A stretch of 64,000 nucleotides of DNA from Eledone cirrhosa. Lineage: Eukaryota. The stretch covers positions 5,394,001 to 5,458,000 of the forward strand of contig OZ024764.1 in NCBI GenBank assembly GCA_964016885.1. The letters run 5' to 3'. The notes beneath the pieces are model-generated. The model worked only from the letters and a program-made list of their open reading frames with translations. It searched no databases and was not told the origin of the DNA. Positions within the stretch are counted from its first letter, which is position 1. Each line of letters begins with the position of its first letter. Positions 26,166 through 38,100 of this stretch are shown in pieces. The position numbers and the translations under genes were made by a program.

Positions 26166-29100
26166 TGGTGATCGATTAGTATAGTATTGGTGATCGATTG
26201 ATGCAAAAACAGGCGGGTACCGATCTCTAGACCTACCAGTTCAGAGAAACAATTGTCAGCAATGTGAATAAAGCCCTTATTGTATAGCAAACCATGTCAC
26301 TCTTCTTTCTTGATATATATATGGAGGCACATGGCTTAGTGGTTAGAACATTGGCCTTGCAATCGCAAGGTTGTGAGTTCAATTCTCAGACTGGGTGATG
26401 TGTTGTTTCCTTGAGCAAGACACTTTATTTCACATTGCTCCAGTTTACTCAGCTGTAGAAATGAGATGATAGGGACTGGGGTCCCTATCATTCCACTGCA
26501 AAGTGGTCGTGGAGGTGCCACGGCAAAAAAGCACCCAGCACTCACTGTAAATGAGGTTGGTGTTAGGAAGGGCATCCAGCTGTAGAAATCAAGCCAGAAT
26601 CAGTTCTCGTCCCACCCTTGCTAGCAGGGAAAAGCGGACGTAAAATGAAATGATGATGATGATGATGAATAACAATACTAACAATACTAGCAATACTACA
26701 ATAAATTAGCCAGACCATAAATATTTAAAATAATCACATCAATCTAAGTAAGACAGAGTATACTGATGACTTTAGCATGTAAAACGAGCTGATACGAAGC
26801 AGATGTATGAAATTGACATGTAAAAGTTATCATGGGGTGTATTATATATAGTGTAGAGATAACCTGGGGCTTGAAACAATGGACCATTTACTTTACTGTA
26901 GGTTTGCTGACCGTAAGAATTATTTATTATCTGACAGATAAAATATTTTCATTGTAGTGAGGATGGCAATTTTTTATGTGGTGTAAAGCGGATTCTTTAT
27001 TTAAGTGATCTATATTAGATGAAGGGATTGTTAGTTCGAATCATGGGGTTGTTTAGCTTTCACAGCATCAATAACACAGCATGCATGGATAAGACAACAA
27101 TAATAATAATAATAGCAATATAGTAAGTAAGTTAATACAGAGGTTAAGAAGCAAGGTATATATAGAGAGAACATAATGACTACAATTACGGATACATTGG
27201 GGTGGTCATTATAACAACAGAGGGAAGGTGATATCTCAAGGACTGTGGTAGTAGTCAAATAATGTACTTGGAATTAAGTTCGTCTGTTGAGAATCAAGAG
27301 TGAGGAAGTTGTGTTGACAGCAGCCGAGAAGAGATATATTTATGGGTTGATAAGATATTTGCAGACATTACTGTGGTATAGAACAAGATAGAAAGGTCAA
27401 TTTTCTGCAGACACAGGATCGCTACTAAATTCACAAGATTTAAGCCACCGTGATTCGAACCAACATAACTTAGCATTCAACATATGAAATCCGCACTCTC
27501 ACACAGACCACCACAGAACTATAATATTCTTTAAGCAGCTTCTAGACTCCTTAATTCTATACCACAGTAATGTCTGCAAATATCTTATCAACCCATAAAT
27601 ATATCTCTTCTCGGCTGCTGTCAACACAACTTCCTCACTCTTGATTCTCAACAGATGAACTTAATTCCAAGTACATTATTTGACTACTACCACAGTCCTT
27701 GAGATATCACCTTCCCTCTGTTGTTATAATGACCACCCCAATGTATCCGTAATTGTAGTCATTATGTTCTCTCTATATATACCTTGCTTCTTAACCACTG
27801 TATTAACTTACTTACTCTATTGCTATTATTATTATTATTGTTAACTTTGCCTTTCATCCTTACGGGGTCGATAAAATAAAGTACCAGTAATGTACTGGGT
27901 AATTGCTGGCCTTGTGCCTAAAGTAGAAACAATTATTATTATTGTTATAATGACCACCCCAATGTATCCGTAATTTCAATTTGGCCGCACATGTGTGAAG
28001 ACAGACAAGTCTGCGGGGGAAACGGTTCGTAGCTTTAAGCTGTTTTAAAGTGTCTTTTTTTTGTATTTTCTTGTCATAAACGAAACTTAAGGTACACATC
28101 TTGATTTAAAGAGAGGGATACCTCTCAATATTCGGGCTTTAAGCCCGAATATTCAGATTTATTTTTAAAATCTTCGAAAAAAAATCGCTTCCCCACCAAA
28201 AGAAAATTATGGAAATTTTCGACCTTGAAACGGTAAACAACGTTCAGGTCAAAAGTTTAAAGGCAGCCACTGCAGATTTCACCACGACTACGACAGCTAC
28301 AGTCATGCCTGTCATCCACTCTACTGAATGTGAAGGCAAAACTAAAAAGCTACCATCACAATCTTCTGGCATAGCAGCAGTATCATCTGAAAACGACATC
28401 ACCACCACCACCGCCACCACCACCACCACCACAACTCAGAGCAATAACGACAAAAACACCGACAGCTTCAATGTAAACAAGGATGGCGGTGGCAACAGCA
28501 AGAATGACAACAACAACAATAAGAGCATCAGAAACACCACATTTGCTGCAGCAGCAGCAGCAAAAACAAAGCGCTTATTGAATATCGATATTGATATTAG
28601 CGATAAAGACGAACAGTTAGCCAAAGCGTGGAGGCTAATTAAACGGGAGAAGTCCTGGGCAAACCTGACCATCCCGGACGAGGCAATAGCGGCCATGCAA
28701 AGGAGGACGGTGCTCTTTCGATGTATTTCGGTGCAGACACGAAAAGTGGAACTTGCGAGCCAACAAGAGGTAGAGGCTGCGTTGGAGTACATCGGAAGTA
28801 ACATAGAGTACAAAGCAAGAGGCAAACAGTTCGGTACCATCTCGGTACTTTTCAAATCCGAGGCCCTCGCTATTAAGCACTCGGTGACCCCCTGCAGAAC
28901 GGAATGCATTATCATGCATCCGTCCTATATGGGTAAAAGGACAGTGAAGGTACGCATTCCCAGCATCCCACCAGGAATGAACATATGGTGGCTGCTGGGA
29001 TGCGTAATCGAGGAGGGGACAGACACCACCCCCCTGGACATCAAAAGGACAGAGAGAGAAGACTGGTCCGGAATGGATTTGGAGATTCTTCTCCAAATGA

Positions 29101-32100
29101 AACCGGAGGATATAAATAACATCCCAGATTTTGCCCGCCTGCAGGACGGGACAACAATCCAACTAATGATTGACGGAAGAAGGCCACGCTGCTTCGTTTG
29201 TGGGGAAGCCACGCATCTTCAAGCCTTCTGCCCTCAGCGCAAAAATGCAGGGGGTCGCAAACCTCCTTTGTTGCCAACGCCAGTGTCAGCACGGAAAGCT
29301 GCACCACCACCACCACCAAAAACAACATCAACAAAAACACGGACACCAACATCAAAAGCAGCCGGATCACCACCAACACCAAAACCAATCCAAGGAGAAA
29401 ACGAGGAAAGCTCTCCCACTCCCCCTACCCTCCCCCCAACTATATACATAGACAAAAAAAAAATAAACGCACACACAGACACAGACCCTTTGTCTTCCAG
29501 CAGCGAAGATGAAGGAAAACCCAAAAGTGCAAAAAAACAGAAAACTCACACAAAAAAAAAAGCCCCTACAAAACACAAAAACACACACAACAAAAAATAC
29601 AGACAGTTCCCCAATAACATCAGCACCATCGACACCACCTCCACAATCCCCGAAACGCAAACAACCTAAACAAACACAAGTACAAATAAACACACAAATA
29701 CCTGAAATTGCAGACACCACACCTACAACAAACATAGACATACCCGAAACAACACCACCAAAACCATCGCCACCACCTTCACCAAAACGAAAACAAATAA
29801 AACCACACCAACAAAATGTTAAAAACTTCGTGCTTGTCAGAAGGGCCAACGATAAACTGATGGCCCTCTTAGCGCGAAGCGAGGACATTCAAACAGAGGC
29901 GGAGATTTTTGAAATGAGCACATTTTGCGTGCCAGAAGATTTGCTTCTGGTCCGAATGTCACTCAATTCTTTCAAAGAAATTCGAGAGAGCTTTCCTCAA
30001 GACGTGGGAAACCCGAATGTGAAACCCACATCAAGACTTTTAAAGGGGTTCCCAAAAGAAACCCCACCAACCATGGAGGTCGAACCACCCGACCTTCACA
30101 AGACCCGGGAGGTAAGTAAACCTTCCCTCTCTCTCTCTTAGCTTACCAATATGGCTATATTAAGAGTAGGAAGTTTAAATGTTTGCGGCCTGGGGTCACC
30201 CTGGAAGCAGGGTCGCCTGCTCAACGACCTCCGGTCGCTGGAAATGGATGTGATTGCCGTAAGCGAGACCAGAATTTCCGACACGCGTGCACTAGCCCCC
30301 ATTTTCGACGACTATCAGATCTTCGCATCTGTTAGCAGGCCGGGAATGGGGGGTGGGGTGGCAGTGCTGTTTAGGAAAGGACTGGATCTCGAGGTAAGGT
30401 CGATCTTCCGGGACCCGGACGGTAAGTTGGTGGTCTTGGATGTGAGCAGTAGCGAAGGTGGTGCCATTAGACTGTTGGCCGCCTACGCCCCTACAGGGGC
30501 CGGACGACCTGACTTCTTTAGGCGCCTGGAGACCTTTCTGGGTACGTCTCGCCCTTTACTGTTAGCGGGGGACTGGAATGGCATCTTACACGCCCGCTGG
30601 GATTGTGTGGGAGTAGCCGATAGGAGCGGGGGGGGGGGGGTGCAAAAGCCTCAAGCACCTACTCAGCCAGTTCCAACTGTCTGACAGGTATCGACTAGAT
30701 TTCCCCAATGTGCCAGTATGGACATGGACCAACCGAATGGGGTCATCTAGATCGTATATAGACAGAATCTTCATTAGGAAAATAGATAGAAATAGTGTGG
30801 GCTGTCCACTTTTTAAAACGGTCGCCTATTCAGATCACAAATTTGTGATCTGTACGGTCGACCTAAATAAAACGCGTAGGTTAGGACCGGGTTACTGGAA
30901 GCTGAACATGTCATTTCCGGCACGTAAGGCTTACAGGGACCGAGTCAATAAGTTAGTTAAGCAAAAGTTGACAGGGGGGATCATCAACAACAGATGGTGG
31001 GGGGCTCTCAAAAGAGAGATTAGAGTAACTTCGATAGAGTTCAGCAAAGAACTAGCGTTAGAGAAAAATAGAAAGGAGGGGGAGCTGGTAGATAAGTTAG
31101 ACGAGGCTATTTATAGTGGCATTGCAACTGACGTGCTAGCGGCAAGAATGGCATTAGACCATTTCTTCAATGCCAAACACGAAGGTTGCATTGTCAGAGC
31201 TAAGGCGCGTGCGCTGAGAAACGAGGGAACTAAAGCTGTTCGATGGGCCCGCGTGGCGGAGGCGCAGCATGGTAATAAAACCACAATTCGGTCTTTGGCG
31301 GACCGAGACGGACACGAGATAAGCGATTCCAAGCGGATGTGTGAGGCCTTTCGCCAGCACTTTGCTCGGGGAGAGTGGCGGGTCAGAGAGAGTAGCGGAT
31401 TTCAGTCCCTACCTTGACGGCTTGCCGCGCATCTCGACGGTCGACGCTGAGCGCTGCGAAAGGCCGATTACTTCAGCCGAAATTCAGGACGCCCTTGTCG
31501 GCTGCATGAGGCGCAAGTCACCAGGCTTGGATGGCCTGCCCTACGAGCTTTACGTAAATATACCAGACTTGTTCTCCGAACTCCTTGAAGCACTCTACTG
31601 TAACTGGCAGCAGAATGAGAGTATTCCCAGTTCTGTGAGCAGGGGATTGGTGACGCTGATAAGGAAAGACGAAAACAAGAGGGATACATTAGACAACTTC
31701 AGGCCCATAACTCTGCTCAACACAGAGTTTAAGATTTTGGCCAAGGTGTTAGCAAAGAGATTGGCGCTTGTCGTCGAGGATTTGGTTGGGGAGGCGCAAA
31801 CTTGCGCAATCCCAGCCAGGTCCATACACGACAATCTCCACCTCATGCGATACATCATAGAGAGGGTAGGGTGTAAACCTGGCTTCGGTGGGGCACTGAT
31901 CAATTTAGATCAAACGAAAGCATTCGATAGGGTCGACCATCGGTATCTGGAGTTTGTCCTCAAAGCAGCTGGCTTCGGCCCTGTCTTTAGAAGCTGGATC
32001 GTTGCAATGCACAGCGGCACACACTCGGTGGTCAAAGTTAATGGCCACCTCTCGGAACCATTTCGGCTCTCCCGATCGGTCCGTCAAGGGTGCCCTCTCT

Positions 32101-35100
32101 CTTCCCTTCTGTACGTATTGACTCTCGAGCCTTTACTGCGGAAGCTGGAGCTGTTGCAGGGCATCCCGCTCGAACCGGGACGTGGAAAGGCGGTGTCAGC
32201 TTATGCGGACGACATCACCGTGATGGTGTCGAACACCTCAGAAATCGAGGTGGTCGGCACCTTATTGAAAGAATATGAAAGGTTGACAGGAGCCAAACTT
32301 AACCCGGAAAAGTCGGTGGGCTTGCAGCTCGGAACCTGGAGAGGCAAGCCCATTCCGTCCAACAGCGTCGTGGGGCGCTGGACGGACGGACCAGTAAAGT
32401 TGCTCGGGGTTTGGTTCGGACCAGACCTCCAGGTGGAAAAGAATCGGGACGAGGTAACGAGCAGAGTAGCCAGTCTCAGCCAAAAATGGGCTGGGAGGAA
32501 GCTATCACTGAAAGGCCGCGCGGAGGTGGCGAATGCGTACATCGCGTCCGTCATCTATTACCGCCTAACCGTCGTGCCTTGCCCCCGTCAAGTTGGAACG
32601 GCTCCTCTTCAAATTCTTGTGGAGGGGACAAGTTCTGTTGGTGAGGCGGTCCATCTGCTGCCAGCACCCTCTATACGGAGGGCTGGGCATGCCGTGGCTA
32701 ATGATGCGCAGACATGCGTTGAGGCTGCGACATCTCCAGATATTCTGCCTCAATGGTGAACAGGTGTGGTCGCCGTTTATCAGACAGGCCTTTCCGCAGC
32801 TCATTTCTTTGACTGAGCTGCAGTCCTGGGTCAAGAAGAGACCGAGACTGGGTGACTGGCACCTGGAATGTTGCCAGGCACTCACTGCCCTCTACCAAGT
32901 GAGCAATGCGATCAGTGGAACTTCCACTCTCGAGTTTTATAGAGGATTAGTGGTGGGCAAGTGCGATGACGCACTCGGAGAAGCTTTGGGCCTCGACGAA
33001 GTCGAACTGACCAGTCTGTACCGGAGGACTTTTGAGCCGGGGACGATGGACAATTTCCAGAAATCCCTCGCTTGGCAGTGCTACCGGGGGGCACTGCCGG
33101 TTCAGGATAAACTCTACAGGCACGGAAGTGCTGTCAGACGGACCTGCCCAAGATGCGCACAGAACGACGAAACCGTTCTGCACGCACTTGTCCAATGTCC
33201 GTGCATTACTGACTTGTGGAGTTATATCGAACAGCTACTGTCGCGTGTGGCACAAATCCAGTTATCGGCCGAGTCCATAGTGAAGATCGAGCCGCCACCT
33301 TCCTTAGGTCAGGAAGAGCAGGACATTTTCCTCTGTCTGGTGGCAGTTGCGAAAGAGATTATATGGTGGACCAGGTTGAAAGGACTAAAGACAGACACTT
33401 TTCTCTTCGGCCAATCCCTCATCAACTTCTTCAAGTTTCACCTGGAAAGGAGGGTGAGGGTGGAGAGAGAAGTGCTGCCCCCCAGTACATTTGCTAAAAG
33501 GTGGGTGAATGTGGCAAGAATGGCTCGTGTGAATGGGCCTACTCTGACCATGCGCCTATAGGCTGGCTAACTTGAGGAGAGGGGTGCTCTCTTGGGTGCC
33601 CTAGAAGCGCAGGGTGGTTCAGGATTGGTGGGGTACCCGAATCACCCCAGGGTCGTCCACCCCCTATCGGGGAATTTATTTTGTTATATTTTGCATAGTT
33701 TATTTTATATTTTATATTTTCATTGTTAAATTAGTCTTGCCATTGTGCACTTTTACTCGACCTTATTGTAAACCCCCACTGTCCCTGTCTTTGTATAGTC
33801 CCCTACATGTCGGCCCTTGTGGCTAATAAATGAAATCATTATTATTATTATTGTTTATTATCCATGCATGCTGTGTTATTGATGCTGTGAAAGCATAGTA
33901 TATATAGAGTAATGTAAATGTTATGTGAGATATTATGTGAGGTAAAGCCTTTACTGTGAAAATACAATAGTATATATAGAGTAATGTAAATGTTATGTGA
34001 GATATTATGTGAGGTAAAGCCTTTACTGTGACAATACAATAGTATATATAGAGTAATGTAAATGTTATGTGAGATATTATGTGAGATAAAGCCTTTACTG
34101 TGAAAATACAATAGTATATATAGAGTAATGTAAATGTTATGTGAGATATTATGTGAGGTAAAGCCTTTACTGTGAAAATACAATAGTATATATAGAGTAA
34201 TGTAAATGTTATGTGAGATATTATGTGAGATAAAGCCTTTACTGTGAAAATACAATAGTATATATAGAGTAATGTAAATGTTATGTGAGATATTATGTGA
34301 GGTAAAGCCTTTACTGTGAAAATACAATAGTATATATAGAGTAATGTAAATGTTATGTGAGATATTATGTGAGGTAAAGCCTTTACTGTGACAATACAAT
34401 AGTATATATAGAGTAATGTAAATGTTATGTGAGATATTATGTGAGGTAACGCCTTTACTGTGAAAATACAATAGTATATATAGAGTAATGTAAATGTTAT
34501 GTGAGATATTATGAGGTAAAGCTTTTACCATAAAAATACAATAGTATATATAGAGTAATGTAAATGTTATGTGAGATATTATGTGAGGTAACGCCTTTAC
34601 TGTGAAAATATAATAGTATATAAAGAGTAATGTAAATGCTATGTGAAATATTATGAGGTAAAGCCTTTACTGTGAAAATATAATAGTATATATAGAGTAA
34701 TGTAAATGTTATGTGAGATATTATGAGGTAAAGCCTTTACTGTGAAAATACAACAGTATATATAGAGTAATGTAAATGATGTGAGATATTATGTGAGGTA
34801 AAGCCTTTGCTGTGAAAATACAATAGTATATATAGAGTAATGTAAATGTTATGCGAGATATTATGAGGTAAAGCCTTTACTGTGAAAATACAACAGTTTA
34901 TATAGAGTAATGTAAATGTTATGCGAGATATTATGAGGTAAAGCCTTTACTGTGAAAATACAGCAGTATATATAGAGTAATGTAAATGTTATGCGAGATA
35001 TTATGAGGTAAAGCCTTTACTGTGAAAATACAACAGTATATATAGAGTAATGTAAATGTTATGCGAGATATTATGAGGTAAAGCCTTTACTGTGAAAATA

Positions 35101-38100
35101 CAGCAGTATATATAGAGTAATGTAAATGTTATGCGAGATATTATGAGGTAAAGCCTTTACTGTGAAAATACAGCAGTATATATAGAGTAATGTAAATGTT
35201 ATGTGAGATATTATGTGAGGTAAAGCCTTTACTGTGAAAATACAATAGTATATATAGAGTAATGTAAATGTAATGTGAGATATTATGTGAGGTAACGCCT
35301 TTACTGTGAAAATACAATAGTATATATAGAGTAATGTAAATGTTATGTGAGGTAAAGACTTTACTGTGAAAATACAATAGTATATATAGAGTAATGTAAA
35401 TGTTATGTGAGATATTATGTGAGGTAAAGCTTTTACTGTGAAAATACAATAGTATATATAGAGTAATGTAAATGTAATGTGAGATATTATGTGAGGTAAC
35501 GCCTTTACTGTGAAAATACAATAGTATATATAGAGTAATGTAAATGTTATGTGAGGTAAAGACTTTTCTGTGAAAATACAATAGTATATATAGAGTAATC
35601 ATCATCACCATCACCGTTTTACGTCCGTTCTTCCACGCTAGCATGGGTTAGACGGGTTGTCTTGTTGAGTGCAGTGTCCAGTCGGCTGACTATGCCTTGA
35701 TATGTTAAAGGGCTAAATAATGATAAAGTAACCAATATCTATAAGAAACTAATGTTTTAGCTTTCTATTTCAGGAAGCAAATTGGAAACACTGATCTCCT
35801 CACTGAATTATATTCTGACTAATTTCCATTTGGACAATCATGCAAACCATAGCAATATTTTACATAAATATTTACATCTCACTGGTCAGTTGCCTTGGAC
35901 TAAGTACCAAATATGGAAAGATACAAGCAAGACTGGCAAAGTTTATATCAAGGTAAGTAATTCTTTTTTTATAAGGTGGTAAATTGGCTGAGTCATTAGG
36001 ACATTGGAGGAACTAAATATACAGCTGGCACACTTGGGGCCCTCATTGTGGGGACTGTTGAACACATACCAACCCACATACAGCGTTATGGGCTTTTTAA
36101 ATGTTCCATCAGCAACACAGAAGTGTTCATGAGAGTGTATGTGGTCTATAAGATGGAGTTTGAATAACAACCTTGGTTTTCTTTTTGTATTGATTATATA
36201 TATATATACGGGTGTGTGTTAATTATATGTGTGTGTTGATTATATATATATATATATATATATATACATACGGGTGTGTGTAACAAACCAGCAAGTCAGG
36301 AACCGCACCAACCAGCAGCTAGTCTCTTCTACCATCTGCAAGTGACGCCTGGGCTGGTTTGGACTTTGAGACTTCCCCCGGAGAGACTGGCAAACCAAGA
36401 AATAAATGGAGCCCGTAGGGAAGCAGACGGAGAGAGCAACCCAAAATGAACTGGCGCTAGACAGTTGAGAGGGACCTGCGAGCGACAAACAGACAATGGC
36501 GGGACGCTGTGCAACTGGCTGCTGACCGAACGCGATGGAACACGACGATTGCCTCATGCGTCGCAAGACGCGGGAGCTTCTGAGTCTGAAGTATTAAGTA
36601 TTTCCATAGAAAAAGTAAAGGAAAGAAGAATGCTCAATGTATTGTACAGAGCTATTTAATTATATAGTATGATTATAAGAGAGGTTCTTAGAGAAAAATA
36701 AGCCACTATACTTAGCCTTTGTTGACCTAGAGAAGGCCTTTGATAGGGTACCCCAATCTGTCATCTGGTGGTCCCTAAGGAAACTAGGTGTTGAGGAATG
36801 GCTTGTGAGGACAGTGCAAACTTTGTACAGAGGCACTGTCAGTAAAGTCAGGGTAGGAATGGAGTTTAGTGAGGAATTCCAGATACAAGTAGGAGTACAT
36901 CAATGTTCGGTCCTCAGCCCACTCTTGTTCATTATAGTCCTCCAAGCCATAACAGAGGAGTTTAAGACTGACTGTCCATGGGAACTTCTCTATGTTGACG
37001 ATCTGGTTCTTATAGCAGAATCAGTAGAGGAGCTAGAGAATAAATTCTGGCTATGGAAACAGCAGTTGGAGTCAAGAGGACTGAGAGTGAATCTAGCTAA
37101 GATAAAAGTGTTGATGAGTAGAAAAGAGGACAAAACTCTGATTCCGTCAGGGAAATGGCCATGTTCGATATGCAGAAAAGGAACTGGCATAAATTCTATA
37201 AAATGCACACAATGCAGATCCTGGGTACACAAAAGATGTAGTGGGATAGCAGGCAAACTAACAGGTAGGGAGAAATACGTATGCAGTAGATGTACAGGAA
37301 AGTAGACAGTAGAAGTCGCATTCAAATGCAGGTGGATGCTATAGAAGTGGTGGACAGCTTTCGGTACCTAGGTGATCAGATTAGCATGGGAGGGGGTGTT
37401 CCGAGGCCATAGTATCTAGAATAAGGACAGGTTGGAAGACGTTTAGGGAGCTGCTTCCTCTGCTGATGAAGAAGGGTTTCTCCCTGCGTATAAAAGGCCG
37501 GTTATATGATGCCTGTGTGAGGAGCGCGATGCTGCATGGTAGTGAGACATGGGCAGCAACTGCAGAGGATATGCGACGGCTGGAGAGAAATGAGGCAAGC
37601 ATGCTCCATTGGATGTGCAGTGTCAATGTGCATGAACGACCGAGCATGGATGTGTTGAGAGAGAAATTGTGCCTGAGAGGGATAGAATGTAGTGTGCGAG
37701 AGAGGAGACTGAGGTGGTATGGACATGTGATGTGTTGAGAGAGAAACTGTGTCTGAGAGGGATAGAATGTAGTGTGCAAGAGAGGAGACTGAGGTGGTAT
37801 GGACATGTGATGCGCATGGAGGATGACTGATGGGTGAAGAAGTGCCAGTTGAAGGAAGACGGGGTAGAGGTAGACCACGAAAAACATGGGCGGAAGTGGT
37901 GAGAACAGACCTCAGATCGCTGAAGCTCACGGTGGAGATGACGAAGGACCGTGACAAGTAGAGAGATGCTGTGCTGAATATGACCCGTCCCACCCTTGCA
38001 AGCAGGGAAAAGCGAACGTAAAATGATGATGATGATGATTATATCATTGCCAAAGGTTTCAAGAAACTAGATGATCATTGTAGGAAACATCCAGCTCGTT

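Larger units (their letters stand above)
27976..33845 (+). mobile_element. Apparently full-length L1/Tx1-clade LINE
   Basis: 5'UTR, ORF1 with CCHC knuckle, ORF2 APE-RT-zinc finger, AATAAA at about 33825, (ATT)n end. Confidence 0.9.

Noticed and set aside
26323-26395. tRNA gene
   Set aside because: A/B boxes run straight into a SINE body and tail, there is no proper acceptor stem, and it is multi-copy.
30112-30141. GTAAGT...TAG mini-intron joining ORF1 and ORF2
   Set aside because: Only 30 nt, too short for a typical intron, and the donor is absent in the second copy.
33848-34531. HSKGFTSHNISHNIYITLYILLYF repeat ORFs (also 23441, 35141, 56477)
   Set aside because: Translation of the 72-bp MITE satellite.
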